Shown: positions 38,834 through 49,991, numbered from the stretch's first letter. The stretch: DNA of 64,000 bases from an uncultured candidate division WWE3 bacterium (GCA_963765125.1 CAVXUZ010000005.1:97596-161595), one strand, 5' to 3'. Made by a program: numbers and translations. The notes: a model not told the origin generated them from the sequence alone.

Positions 38834-39226
38834 ATGATCACATATAAATATATTGAAAACTACTTCAAAGATGACTCAGATTCGGAAGAGTTTTGTAAAA
38901 AACACAACATTGTGTACTTCAAGCCCACCCGAGAAAGAAAAGCTTGGTTAAAAAAGTGGCTTAAGGACGTAAAATTACCAAAAATTGAGTGCAAACGCGA
39001 CATAACGTGCTATTGGCGAGATTTTGGAACATGGGGAATGTACCACCCAGAAGATAATTCTATATCAATATGTCCTTATGAGATTGAGCGAGCTGGAGGA
39101 CTAGAGCAAGTTATACTTCATGAAATTGTGCATTTAGAGCACCCCGAACTTGATAAGTTACCACACAACCAAAAAGAAGATAAAATAAATGGACTAGGTA
39201 ATAAACCTAAAAAAGATAAAGCGTAG
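38834..39226 (+). CDS. Small HEXXH zincin-like protein
   Basis: WGMY...ISI...VILHEIVHL. Confidence 0.7.
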   Translation: MITYKYIENYFKDDSDSEEFCKKHNIVYFKPTRERKAWLKKWLKDVKLPKIECKRDITCYWRDFGTWGMYHPEDNSISICPYEIERAGGLEQVILHEIVHLEHPELDKLPHNQKEDKINGLGNKPKKDKA

Positions 39227-39256
39227 ACTTTTTTGTAATCTACGCTTTTATTTCAG

Positions 39257-39538
39257 TTACCGCTGGTTGTTGTTCGCCTTGTTGATGTACAGATCGAGAG
39301 GATCTGCGGGTCCAAATTTGTCGATCATAAGCATGTTTAAAACCACATAGTTGACGTACAAACCCACGGCCAGTACTCCAGCGTAGCCAATTATGAGCCA
39401 TATTCCTTTTAAACTAAAAATATCGAGTAACAGGGTGAGTATTAGAAATACTAGTATGGTAAAAACAACGTAAAGACCCACACCGGTTTTCACTATAATG
39501 AAAGCCTTTTCGAACCAACTTAACGGTTTGTTTTCCAT
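39257..39538 (-). CDS. Small 2-TM hypothetical protein
   Basis: Start MENKPL with GGAGGAGG RBS. Confidence 0.7.
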   Translation of the reverse strand: MENKPLSWFEKAFIIVKTGVGLYVVFTILVFLILTLLLDIFSLKGIWLIIGYAGVLAVGLYVNYVVLNMLMIDKFGPADPLDLYINKANNNQR

Positions 39539-39662
39539 TTCAGCCTCCTCCGAGTTTAGTTGTCCTATAGTATACAAGATGGTTTGGTGATAGGCAACAT
39601 CTTCATAGGCAATAAAAAAGTGCAAATTTTGATGGATTTGCACTTTGATTTAACAGCCAGTA

Positions 39663-39911
39663 CTAAACTTTGTGACCATACTTCAATAAACCAATGTTTA
39701 TTGCCTCATGCACCAGGGCAATGAAATTTACCAAAGCGACTAGGCCAAAAATTACCAAAAGCACCCTAATATTCATCCCGTTGTCAATCCGATGGATAAT
39801 GTAGGCAAATGTAGCTATCCCGCATATGAGAACGTTTACTACAAGGTTCGCTTTAAAGACCTTCACAAATGCTTTTTTCGAACAATAAAAAATAGCATTA
39901 AGTTTTTTCAT
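39663..39911 (-). CDS. Small 2-TM hypothetical protein
   Basis: GAGGAGAGG RBS; two hydrophobic segments. Confidence 0.65.
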   Translation of the reverse strand: MKKLNAIFYCSKKAFVKVFKANLVVNVLICGIATFAYIIHRIDNGMNIRVLLVIFGLVALVNFIALVHEAINIGLLKYGHKV

Positions 39912-39980
39912 GCCATCCTCTCCTCTTATTTTGTCGATTGGCTGTAATATACGCTAGTTTTAAAATTTAAACAATTTTTA

Positions 39981-40715
39981 CTATTTATGATCACCAAACC
40001 TATGTACTATCTTATTTTGTAATTTCTTATAATTACGTTTGGATAAAATTAAATATAATTCGCTTTTTAACATTTTTTTATAAAAATTTAGTCTTCCTTC
40101 TTCATCTAACCTTCTTACTGAAAAATGAATTCCTGGAGAACGAAGAATCTTAGTGTTATATCCTGCTTGATGTAGCTTGCTGCTCAAATCAAAATCCTCA
40201 GCAAGCGATAGGCTTGTATCAAATTCACCAACTTTTTTAAACGCATCTTTCTTTACAAATATGAACGTACCCACAGACCCGTGTGTCCATTTTCTAAAAA
40301 TATCTAAGTAAAGAATATTAAAAGCACTGCTCGTTAAGTGATCGTCGAGTCTGTGGCTCATTGGTATATTCCAAGCAGTTACCGAGTCGGCCCTGCCCGA
40401 CGAAACGAGTCCGTCTAATGTTTTAAGAAAGTTTTTAGAAGGCTTAACGTCGGCATCGAAGAAAATTAAATTATTTGTTTTAGCTTTAGACGCAGCATAA
40501 TTTCTTTGAAATGACTGCCCCTTTTGTGGAGAAATAAAAGTTGTTATTTTAAGTGAAGATTTAAATTCATCAGCTTTCTCTATCGTTTTATCTTTAGATT
40601 TTGCATCAGCCACGATTACTTCAAAATCCTTGTGCGTTTGCTCTTTTAGAGCGTTTAACAGGATGGGGAGATATTCCTCTTCATTAAGTGTTGGTATGCA
40701 GATGCTAAATTTCAT
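39981..40715 (-). CDS. Glycosyltransferase family 2
   Basis: SICIPTLNEE, EVIVAD..S.D.T, FFDAD, AEDFDL. Confidence 0.93.
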   Translation of the reverse strand: MKFSICIPTLNEEEYLPILLNALKEQTHKDFEVIVADAKSKDKTIEKADEFKSSLKITTFISPQKGQSFQRNYAASKAKTNNLIFFDADVKPSKNFLKTLDGLVSSGRADSVTAWNIPMSHRLDDHLTSSAFNILYLDIFRKWTHGSVGTFIFVKKDAFKKVGEFDTSLSLAEDFDLSSKLHQAGYNTKILRSPGIHFSVRRLDEEGRLNFYKKMLKSELYLILSKRNYKKLQNKIVHRFGDHK

Positions 40716-40756
40716 TTGAGTTTATCGGCAGATTAAATCGAAGTTGTAAGAGCTGG

Positions 40757-41245
40757 CTAATTCCTAGTCCATTCAGCTTTTACACCCTTGACTTTTCTAT
40801 CCGCTAAAACCAACTCATCATATATGCCGTCTATTAAATCGTAGTTCTTTCCTTCATCTATTGTTACCCATGCATATTTATCAGTCTCATCTTTTTGTAA
40901 TGTAATATTTCCAGATTCGTAATCAGCTTTGCATGAAATAACCAACGAAGGATTACCGTCTGAGTGTATTGTCGCTAAACTTGTTACATACTCAATGTTG
41001 TTTATCTCTAGTCCTACTTCTTCTTTTACTTCTCTGCGTAAAACTTTCTCTAAAACGTTGTACCAATAAAATTCAGTATCTTTTGGTAGCGATACATAAT
41101 CTTCTGTTTCTAACTTACCTCCAGGTACAGTCCATTTACCAGGAAATCTCTTTTTATCTTTTGAACGTCTGGTTATAAGGTATTTACCGTTTTTGACGAT
41201 TATTGCGGTGATAACAATTTCGTGTAGTAATTTATCTTTTTCCAT
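40757..41245 (-). CDS. NUDIX hydrolase
   Basis: PGGKLE...LRREVKEEVGL. Confidence 0.92.
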   Translation of the reverse strand: MEKDKLLHEIVITAIIVKNGKYLITRRSKDKKRFPGKWTVPGGKLETEDYVSLPKDTEFYWYNVLEKVLRREVKEEVGLEINNIEYVTSLATIHSDGNPSLVISCKADYESGNITLQKDETDKYAWVTIDEGKNYDLIDGIYDELVLADRKVKGVKAEWTRN

Positions 41246-41263
41246 ACTTTTTTAGTATAAATC

Positions 41264-41335
41264 TGGAGGCAAATCGTCGCTAACGCTCCTATTGCATCTC
41301 AGAGTTCTAAAGCTCACTTTGTTCGCTAAGTGCTT
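41264..41335 (-). repeat. 72-bp copy of the ~70-bp tRNA-trailer repeat
   Basis: tggag-gcaaatcgtcgctaacgctcctattgca...aagctcactttgttcgctaagtg, homologous to 8050-8119. Confidence 0.88.
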
Positions 41336-41505
41336 TGGAGCGGAAAACGGGATTCGGTCACATGTCTTTCAACTCTAAATTCGCAAGCTCATTAAGATAT
41401 GAAAGCATTCGACCCCACCTCAGTCGCTTACGCTCCTTCCGGCATTCTCGTCCCCTATTCCCCATGAATAAGCCCACTAACCCTTTGGGTTACTGCGCAT
41501 CTTCA
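41336..41505. repeat. 170-bp tRNA-targeting mini-element at tRNA-Gly
   Basis: tggagcggaaaacgggattcg (1 mismatch to the tRNA-Gly end), then a body nearly identical to 36594 onward. Confidence 0.9.
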
Positions 41506-41582
41506 TGGAGCGGGAAACGGGATTCGAACCCGCGACCTCCTCCTTGGAAGGGAGGCGCTCTAGCCAGCTGAGCTATTCCCGC
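41506..41582 (-). tRNA. tRNA-Gly(TCC)
   Basis: GCGGGAATAGCTCAG...CCTCC-CTTCCAA-GGAGG...GGTTCGAATCC...CTCCA. Confidence 0.96.
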
Positions 41583-41626
41583 ACAAACACTAACTGCGTT
41601 TTATGCGCAGAGCATATTGTACCCAT

Positions 41627-42076
41627 TTAATAATGTTTTTTCAAAAGGTTTTTCTTCCTTTTCTCGTACTCATGCTCTGAGATTTTTCCGTTGTTTTTAA
41701 GTTCTGCCAGCCTCTTCATGGATAATTCAAAGTCTTTTATGACAAGACTTCCCTCTTTCTCACCCATCAAATGCTTATGTGATTGGTACATTTTCTCGTC
41801 GATGATTTTTTTCATCTTAACAGCAGATTTTTTATCAATCCATCTAATTCTTATGTATTGGTGGCCAGTTGAAAGAATATCAATATGTGCAAATTTTACA
41901 ATATATTTTTGTAAGTCAACCTGTGCGATGTGATTATATCCAACAGTGACCTCTTCGTGTGTCATCAAGTGCCTTTTTTTGTAAACAATTTTATCGTCAT
42001 AAAGATATAAATGAGGTCTAAAAAGTGTGAGATTGTACAGTCTATTTCCAGCAACGTGAATTAGAAGAGTTGACAT
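41627..42076 (-). CDS. Bacterial PH-like domain protein with C-terminal SHOCT
   Basis: C-terminal LAELKNNGKISEHEYEKRKKNLL. Confidence 0.7.
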   Translation of the reverse strand: MSTLLIHVAGNRLYNLTLFRPHLYLYDDKIVYKKRHLMTHEEVTVGYNHIAQVDLQKYIVKFAHIDILSTGHQYIRIRWIDKKSAVKMKKIIDEKMYQSHKHLMGEKEGSLVIKDFELSMKRLAELKNNGKISEHEYEKRKKNLLKKHY

Positions 42077-42153
42077 ACTTACATCTTACCATTAGTTACA
42101 AATAGATAAAAACGCGCTTTAATAACAAAAAAAGCATGGTGTATACTATTAAA

Positions 42154-43093
<940 letters not shown>

Positions 43094-43095
43094 AG

Positions 43096-44562
43096 ATGTT
43101 AAAAAAGTATTTTAATCAGAAAAATATTTATCACCTTATATTTATTTTAATATTTGTAATCGGAATCTATCTTAGGTTTTCTGATTTAGGTTATTCAAGT
43201 TTTTATGGTGATGAAACAAAAACATTTTATTTAGACAAAACAGTCTCCGCTTCAAAATATTTTTTCGATCAGCGAAAAGGCCCTGTACAATTTTTGGTTG
43301 TTTGGTTAAGTGAAAAAATAGTCGGTGGGCATGATGAATTACTAACCAGAATACCTTTTGCTCTTGCAGGTTCGCTGTCTATCATAGGTTTTTACTTAGT
43401 GGTGAAAAAAATGTTTAGTGAAAAGGTTGCGCTTGTTGCAACTGCGCTATTTGCGCTGAACGGCTTTTATATAGCATTTTCACGTACAATCCAATATCAA
43501 AGTTTTTTGCTACTGTTTGGATTTTTTTCAATCTATTTGTGTCTAAAATATTTAGAAAATAAAAAAATAATTTACGCAATTATTTCAAGTGTGTTACTCG
43601 GTTTGGCGTACCTCAGTCATTACGATGCAGTATTTTTTAATGTTGTGATTGCATTTTATGTTTTAAAAAATATTCTTGAAAAGAAAGTAAGCCTAAAAGA
43701 GATTACAAAATATTATTTGCTCCCGTTAACCTTAGTCGTTGGTGCATTTTATTTACCATACATAGTAAATGGGTTCATGAGCGAAAACACAGTCAATTAC
43801 CTAAGTAGACGTCTTTCAGGTTTTGAATATGGTACGAATTCGAGTTGGTATACATTTTGGGTATACAATCCTTCTTACATATGGATATTTGCCAGTTTAT
43901 TCGCAATCCCCTACTTTTTTAAAAAGGATTGGAAAAGTAACATAATTTTATTCTGGTTCCTAATTCCATTTATTATCTTTGAGTTTGGCTTTTCAAATCC
44001 AGGTACTCACATTCACAACTACTTCATCCCGTTATTTATAATTATTGCTTTAGGAATAGACTATATCGTCAGCTTTGTACGCGAAAAGAAGCAAATACTT
44101 GTCTATTTTGCAATCTTGGCTTTTATTGTTGCACCGGCGTTATTGGCTAATGCTTATGTCTATTTACCTGTTTTAAACAACGGATTTCCATGGAAAGACT
44201 CAAAACTTGCCTTTATGCCACGAGAAAAGGTAGACAAAAGATATCATCTATTTCTATACGGATTTCCATACGAGCGTGGTTGGCGAGAGATTTCAGAATA
44301 CATAAACAAAAAAGGTGGCGTAAGACAAATATTTACAAACGATAACGATACAGCTGCCCAGTATTATTTACGTGGTATAGCGTACACAATCCCAGGACCT
44401 AATTTTTTGCCTCAATACTATCTAGAAGTGTTTGACGGTCAGGAGTTCATGACGACAGAACAAGTACTAATAGATAACTCGATTTCTAAATATACTGTAG
44501 AAAGAGAATTTTTTGTTGGTGATGTAAAGACAGCTGTCTTATATAAATTAAACTCGAAATAA
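43096..44562 (+). CDS. GT-C (ArnT/PMT-like) glycosyltransferase
   Basis: FYGDE, multi-TM, FSRTIQY. Confidence 0.85.
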   Translation: MLKKYFNQKNIYHLIFILIFVIGIYLRFSDLGYSSFYGDETKTFYLDKTVSASKYFFDQRKGPVQFLVVWLSEKIVGGHDELLTRIPFALAGSLSIIGFYLVVKKMFSEKVALVATALFALNGFYIAFSRTIQYQSFLLLFGFFSIYLCLKYLENKKIIYAIISSVLLGLAYLSHYDAVFFNVVIAFYVLKNILEKKVSLKEITKYYLLPLTLVVGAFYLPYIVNGFMSENTVNYLSRRLSGFEYGTNSSWYTFWVYNPSYIWIFASLFAIPYFFKKDWKSNIILFWFLIPFIIFEFGFSNPGTHIHNYFIPLFIIIALGIDYIVSFVREKKQILVYFAILAFIVAPALLANAYVYLPVLNNGFPWKDSKLAFMPREKVDKRYHLFLYGFPYERGWREISEYINKKGGVRQIFTNDNDTAAQYYLRGIAYTIPGPNFLPQYYLEVFDGQEFMTTEQVLIDNSISKYTVEREFFVGDVKTAVLYKLNSK

Positions 44563-44586
44563 AAAAAGACCCTGATGTTTTTATTA

Positions 44587-44859
44587 TCAGGGTCTATCTG
44601 AGTAATGCGGTTGCACGATATCTTTATTGAGATTCGCAATCTCCAATAAAATCTTATTGCCGTCAGGGATGTAAACACCTCTGCGTACTTTTTTGCAGAG
44701 CTTAATTACGTATTTAATAACCGTTGTTTCGGTTACTCCCTTAGGCCCTTGAGTATAAAAGAAAAGCTTATTATATACTCTTACCGGATTTCCTCCATAT
44801 ACCCACGATGTCTGTAAAAAATTGATGACCCTTTTTTTTTGTTGCACAGTCAGCGCCAT
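44587..44859 (-). CDS. Small hypothetical protein
   Basis: AGGAGG RBS; terminator agaccctgat..atcagggtct overlaps the stop. Confidence 0.65.
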   Translation of the reverse strand: MALTVQQKKRVINFLQTSWVYGGNPVRVYNKLFFYTQGPKGVTETTVIKYVIKLCKKVRRGVYIPDGNKILLEIANLNKDIVQPHYSDRP

Positions 44860-44916
44860 CTCAACCTCCTCATTTATTTAAGATGCTAGTATTATACCAC
44901 AGTACTATAGGTTTTG

Positions 44917-45831
44917 CTATTTCTTTATTCTACGTTTGATTAAGACAAATATTAACCAAGCAACAAGGATGAATGGCACATAGACGACAATCCAGATGGC
45001 CCCATTACCTATCTTGATTAGATCCATTAGCATAGCTCTTGAAGCTTCTTTAAAGATTGCTTCTGGTCTCCACGCCTGTGCAGGTGTGTAAGGTAGACCG
45101 AGCTCATCTGTGGCAAGGTTAATACTAATTAGCGATGTATCAGAAGAATTTTTCAAATATTCTATTTGACCTTTGTAGTAGTCGATTTGGTCTTGTACTG
45201 CAAATATTTGCATTTGTACATTTAAAATGTCTTCGATTGATACTGCTCTGTTATAGATTTCTTCAAATCGTGTTTTAGTTGCTTCTAGTTTTGTTAATCT
45301 TTCTTGAATGTCCGTGTATTGATCTGTGATATCCGAGCCAGAAGTGTTTTCTGATACGACTTTGATGGAGATTGTTCTAAATCTTTTCATTGCCTCATCT
45401 AACTGGTTTGTGGGCACTCTTACTGTGATGTATCCACTTTCTCCAAGTTCTGGAGTGTTTATATTAGAATCAACAACATATCCTCCTAGTTCTTTTACAC
45501 TTGATTTGATGATTTCTAAAGTATCTCTAACGTTTTTCACTTGTAGTGACATACTGGCGTTTGTGATTACTCTTCTGTCTGTGATATCTGGTCTTGGAGC
45601 AATATTGTCCATAGGAACTGGCATAGATTTTGTTGATACAGCCATGTCTTCTGCATAAGGGGCACTACCCATCATGATTTCAGATTGGTTGCCAACAAAC
45701 CCCGCGCCTCTGCCATAAGGGCGAACTGTGTTTGGGCTGCTAGATCCTAGAATTAAAATGATGATAATTAAAACAGAGACTAGTTTGTGGGTTTTAATCC
45801 ACGTGATTATTTTTTGTATTGTTTCTTTCAT
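44917..45831 (-). CDS. DUF4349 domain protein
   Basis: GGYV..S......ITVRVP, DITDQYTD, coiled coil, C-terminal TM; start MKETIQK. Confidence 0.85.
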   Translation of the reverse strand: MKETIQKIITWIKTHKLVSVLIIIILILGSSSPNTVRPYGRGAGFVGNQSEIMMGSAPYAEDMAVSTKSMPVPMDNIAPRPDITDRRVITNASMSLQVKNVRDTLEIIKSSVKELGGYVVDSNINTPELGESGYITVRVPTNQLDEAMKRFRTISIKVVSENTSGSDITDQYTDIQERLTKLEATKTRFEEIYNRAVSIEDILNVQMQIFAVQDQIDYYKGQIEYLKNSSDTSLISINLATDELGLPYTPAQAWRPEAIFKEASRAMLMDLIKIGNGAIWIVVYVPFILVAWLIFVLIKRRIKK

Positions 45832-45865
45832 ATACGTTAAATTCTCGCACCGTGCCTGCGCCTTG

Positions 45866-46474
45866 TCAAAGTTTGTTATATTTTTCTGATACGATTGTCC
45901 AGTTAATAAGCTCCATCCAATTTTCAACGTATTCTGCTCGCCTATTTTGGTAGTTTAAATAGTAAGCGTGTTCCCATACATCGAGTGCAATTAAAGGTAT
46001 TTTATTTTCAGACAGAGGTGAATTTTGATTTGGTGTCGAGTAGATCTCTAATTTACTATCTGAGTTAACTACTAGCCACGCCCATCCGCTTCCGAATCTC
46101 GAGAGCGCGGCTTTTGCAAGTAAGCTTTTCATATTTTGAAGTGATTCAAATGTTCTTTCGATTTCTGTAGCAAGTTTTCCTGTGGGAGCTTTTTCTCCTC
46201 CAGGCGTCATTATTTCCCAATAAATGTTGTGATTATAGTAGCCTCCTCCGTTGTTTAAGACGCTTGTTCTTATTTCTTCTGGGATGCTATTAATTTCTCT
46301 AAGTATTTTTTCTATCCCCCATTGTTGTATGGTTTGGTGATTTTCTAGTGCTGTATTGAGGTTCGCCGTGTAGGTGGCATGGTGCTTAGAATGGTGTAGT
46401 TCCATTGTTTTTGTGTCAATTACTGGTTCTAGCGCTGTGTAAGAGTAACTTAGTTTTGGCAGTTCAAATGGCAT
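45866..46474 (-). CDS. sodA: Fe/Mn superoxide dismutase
   Basis: LEPVID..TMELHHSKHH, FGSGWAWL, DVWEHAYY; metal specificity not certain. Confidence 0.93.
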   Translation of the reverse strand: MPFELPKLSYSYTALEPVIDTKTMELHHSKHHATYTANLNTALENHQTIQQWGIEKILREINSIPEEIRTSVLNNGGGYYNHNIYWEIMTPGGEKAPTGKLATEIERTFESLQNMKSLLAKAALSRFGSGWAWLVVNSDSKLEIYSTPNQNSPLSENKIPLIALDVWEHAYYLNYQNRRAEYVENWMELINWTIVSEKYNKL

Positions 46475-46539
46475 TTTTATTTTCCTTTCAGGAACATATT
46501 TATAACTATCAATATATTATCACCTTCGTGCATGCTTTT

Positions 46540-48066
46540 TCAATAATCAGTATTTACCTTGTAGATATAGTTTAATTCCAATCCTTTTCTGCTGATAATC
46601 TCATACGGCTCTATACCAAAAACCTCTTCTTTACACATAAGAATGTGCGCGTTTTCTGGGCTTTCAACGACCGAAAATTTGTTTTGTGAGTAATATTCAA
46701 CTATATTTTTTTGTCCACATACGTAAACATCTGTATTTACCTCAAAAGTCTTTTTTACAAAATCACTCGCTTCTTTATAACTTAGATCAAGATAATCACC
46801 ACCAAATAATTTCTCCCCCAAATTACGCCCTCCTGAAATCTCATTATAATAAGTGTATTGATAGGGATGTAACTCAATAATATCTTTTACAACGTTTATC
46901 ATGGACGCAAAGACTATGAGGACAAAAATACTTTGCAATGATTCATCTTTTGCATCGAGAACAATTTCAATAAATATAATTGCAGCTACTATACCTATTA
47001 CAGGTAGTAGAAAAAGAACACTTTCAATTCCCTGTGCGTATTTAATATCAAAAATCCAAAATATAACTGCAAATAAAATAAGTGTCGAACTAAATAAAAA
47101 GAAGAGATCATCACGGAGCTTTTTAAAAAAGTAATAAACGCCAAGAGTTAGAAGAATAAGTAAAGGTACTGGTATTGTGTGAAGCGCAAGTGCGGCGTGA
47201 TAAGTTAAAGTAGGTACGGTTTGGTTAATGCCAAGAAATAGTATTGGCTGTAAATCACCAACCCAGATATTAAACAAAGAGATAACACGAGGAATGGGAT
47301 TAACTGCAATATAAGGCCATGTACCGAGCATTATTAGATGTGCAATACCCGCGACTAAAAGAAACTCAAGCAAAAAGTTTAGAATGCTACTTACTTTTTT
47401 AGTTGGTTTAAAAATGAAGCTATGGAAAAAATTAATGAATACTATTATGTATAGCGCGTAACCTAAGATATTAATACTTTGTGTTATTCCAAATAGAACC
47501 CCAAGAGTGATTACTTTGATTGAAGCTAGATGTGATGTTCTACTTTGAAGTTTTGAAAATATGTACAGACCGCTCAGAGATAAAAAGAAAAATATTGAAA
47601 AAGAAATGTTTTGCGGAGTATTAAAAATATGTCCAATTAAACGTGGTTGAATGAGAATAAAAAAAGGACCGAGTGCTGCGAGTAACGGGTTTTTATACTT
47701 TTTGTAAATAAGTAGATAAGAAATAAATATAATAGACGAAAATAGAATTGCGTTAATAAGATGAAACACATCAAAGTTTTTAAAAACGTTAAAAATAATT
47801 AAAACCGATGAATATAGTGGATAGTTATAATTTTGAAGCTGATCAATGCTATTTATGGTTTCCTGATTAAATAGCTTGTAGGAATCAACAGAAAACACAG
47901 TGTTTATAACGTGGTTTATGAATGATACGCCGTTTTCATAGAATGCTATTTCATTTTGATTGACACCAATTTTATTAAAGTACGAAAGACTAAAGAGAAT
48001 ATAGGCAATGATGATTAAAGCGAAGGGCCAATGTTTTAATATTTTATTAATGCGATAGAGAAACAT
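46540..48066 (-). CDS. GT-C-like multi-pass membrane protein
   Basis: Many TM helices; HPYQYTYYN..G, DY..LSYKE. Confidence 0.75.
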   Translation of the reverse strand: MFLYRINKILKHWPFALIIIAYILFSLSYFNKIGVNQNEIAFYENGVSFINHVINTVFSVDSYKLFNQETINSIDQLQNYNYPLYSSVLIIFNVFKNFDVFHLINAILFSSIIFISYLLIYKKYKNPLLAALGPFFILIQPRLIGHIFNTPQNISFSIFFFLSLSGLYIFSKLQSRTSHLASIKVITLGVLFGITQSINILGYALYIIVFINFFHSFIFKPTKKVSSILNFLLEFLLVAGIAHLIMLGTWPYIAVNPIPRVISLFNIWVGDLQPILFLGINQTVPTLTYHAALALHTIPVPLLILLTLGVYYFFKKLRDDLFFLFSSTLILFAVIFWIFDIKYAQGIESVLFLLPVIGIVAAIIFIEIVLDAKDESLQSIFVLIVFASMINVVKDIIELHPYQYTYYNEISGGRNLGEKLFGGDYLDLSYKEASDFVKKTFEVNTDVYVCGQKNIVEYYSQNKFSVVESPENAHILMCKEEVFGIEPYEIISRKGLELNYIYKVNTDY

Positions 48067-48108
48067 TTTATATACATAGAGAATACCAAATTTAGTCTGT
48101 AAGAAATA

Positions 48109-49380
48109 TTACGTAGTAACTAATGCTCTATTATAGATATTTTTTATATCGACTGTTGCGTTACCGATAATTGTGATTTTTGGCATCTGTGTAGATAAAT
48201 AACGAAATATATCAAAAAGACTTTCTGGTGACGTATTTCTTAGTATGTCAATTTCATTTATATGTGAGAAAACGGTACTTTGATATAAAAATAGTTCTGA
48301 GTAGTGATCAGCTCTCAATGAAGTCTTCTCAAGACTAAAAATAAAATCATTAATTATCCTTAATTTTATTTGTTCCAGCTCGTATGCATTAACTTTTTGT
48401 TCACTTAAAAAGTTGAGCGTGTAAAAAAATATATTTAAAAATTCTTTTAAAGAGATATCTGGAATTTCAGTGTAAAGACCGAGTAATCCATATGAAAAAG
48501 ATGAGAAAGACGCGATGTCCAATATGTAAGGCGCTGTTTGCGTGTATTTTCCTAGGTTATATAAAAGCATTTCTTTTAATACAGCTGCTCCTATAATCGC
48601 GTTGTAGTGGGCTAGACTAGATGATGGGTAGCCGTGATAATCAATTTTTAAGTGACATAGCTTAGAGTTTGCTCTTTTCTCAAATTGTGTAGCAAAATCT
48701 TTATTTTGCTTGTGCGTTAGGATAGTTATCGGTGTAGCTTGAATATCAACTTGTTTTTGAAAATATAACTTAGTCAGTGATTTGATGTTTGAGGTTTTAA
48801 CGTTGCCACAGATTGTTAATACAAAATTGTTTGGTGAATAAAGTCGTTTCTTAAAATTTACCAACTTCTCTATAGTAATATTATCTACGTCACTAACATC
48901 TCCGGTATTGTATTTACTAAATCTTTGGTTTGGATAAAGAATTTTGTATGCTATTCGCCCAATATGTTTTCTTACGTCTTCCCTATTTTGATCGATTTCA
49001 CACTTAATTATTTTCTTTAACCTATCAAGAGAATTTGCATCAAAATTCAGGTTATAAAATAGTTCAGAGAGAAATTCTAACCCAATTTCAACATTATTTT
49101 TTAAAACTTTAACAAAAAAAGCTACGTCGTCTCGACTTGTTGTGCCGGTAATTTTTCCACCGACTTTGGTTACTAGGTGTTTTAGTTCATCATTTGGGTA
49201 TTTTTGTGAGCCACAAAAAGATATGTGCTCAAGCATATGAGCGACTCCTACTTCGTTATCACTCTCGTAGTTGCTTCCTGCAAGGCCTCTTAGGCAAATA
49301 GTAGCTGATTCTAGGCAATTACTGACTACTATTACACGCAGGCCATTAGGGAGCCTAAAAGTTGAAACATCACCCATCAA
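48109..49380 (-). CDS. M16 family zinc peptidase
   Basis: LPNGLRV, GVAHMLEHI (HxxEH). Confidence 0.9.
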   Translation of the reverse strand: MMGDVSTFRLPNGLRVIVVSNCLESATICLRGLAGSNYESDNEVGVAHMLEHISFCGSQKYPNDELKHLVTKVGGKITGTTSRDDVAFFVKVLKNNVEIGLEFLSELFYNLNFDANSLDRLKKIIKCEIDQNREDVRKHIGRIAYKILYPNQRFSKYNTGDVSDVDNITIEKLVNFKKRLYSPNNFVLTICGNVKTSNIKSLTKLYFQKQVDIQATPITILTHKQNKDFATQFEKRANSKLCHLKIDYHGYPSSSLAHYNAIIGAAVLKEMLLYNLGKYTQTAPYILDIASFSSFSYGLLGLYTEIPDISLKEFLNIFFYTLNFLSEQKVNAYELEQIKLRIINDFIFSLEKTSLRADHYSELFLYQSTVFSHINEIDILRNTSPESLFDIFRYLSTQMPKITIIGNATVDIKNIYNRALVTT

Positions 49381-49434
49381 AAAATACTAAAAAAAGATTG
49401 TTAAATATGAATTAAATTGTGTTATTATTATTTT

Positions 49435-49980
49435 ATGATTCAGTCCTGCCATTTAAAAAGATTTCTAACGTTTGCAGTATTGTTGGTGATGTTATCACCT
49501 TTTGTTCTAGCAGCCGACCTCTCACTTACTAAAATTGGTAGTCTTTCTACAAATGGAGCAGCATACTCTGAATGGTGGTATACAGGCACTAACCCGGTCA
49601 TTTCTGGTACTGCAGAAGCTGGTGAGGACGTAGAAATTACTGTTGGCAGTGAAAAAGATACTGTAACAGCCGATTCTGCAGGAAATTGGACATACAGCCT
49701 AACAGGTACAGGAGACGTTAAGGTTTCATTAGTATCCGGTGGTGATTCTTACAGCTTCACAATTCATTTAGGTCAAAGCGTACCAACAGGCACCACAAAG
49801 CAAACAACTCCTTCAAAAGAAACAACTACACCAGTTCCAGGAACAGGTTCAACTCAATTGTTTGGTTTAACTGCAGGCCTTTCGATGGTATTGATAGGTT
49901 TGTTTGTCTACATTAGAGCAAAAAAGAACACGAAAGAAGCATACGCAAAAGAAGTGTTAAAAACTGTAGATAAGCTTTAA
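49435..49980 (+). CDS. Secreted Ig-like protein with LPXTG-like C-terminal anchor
   Basis: Signal peptide, PVISGTAE..ADSAGNWT, Thr/Pro linker, VPGTG followed by TM and basic tail. Confidence 0.75.
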   Translation: MIQSCHLKRFLTFAVLLVMLSPFVLAADLSLTKIGSLSTNGAAYSEWWYTGTNPVISGTAEAGEDVEITVGSEKDTVTADSAGNWTYSLTGTGDVKVSLVSGGDSYSFTIHLGQSVPTGTTKQTTPSKETTTPVPGTGSTQLFGLTAGLSMVLIGLFVYIRAKKNTKEAYAKEVLKTVDKL

Positions 49981-49991
49981 TTTCACACTAA

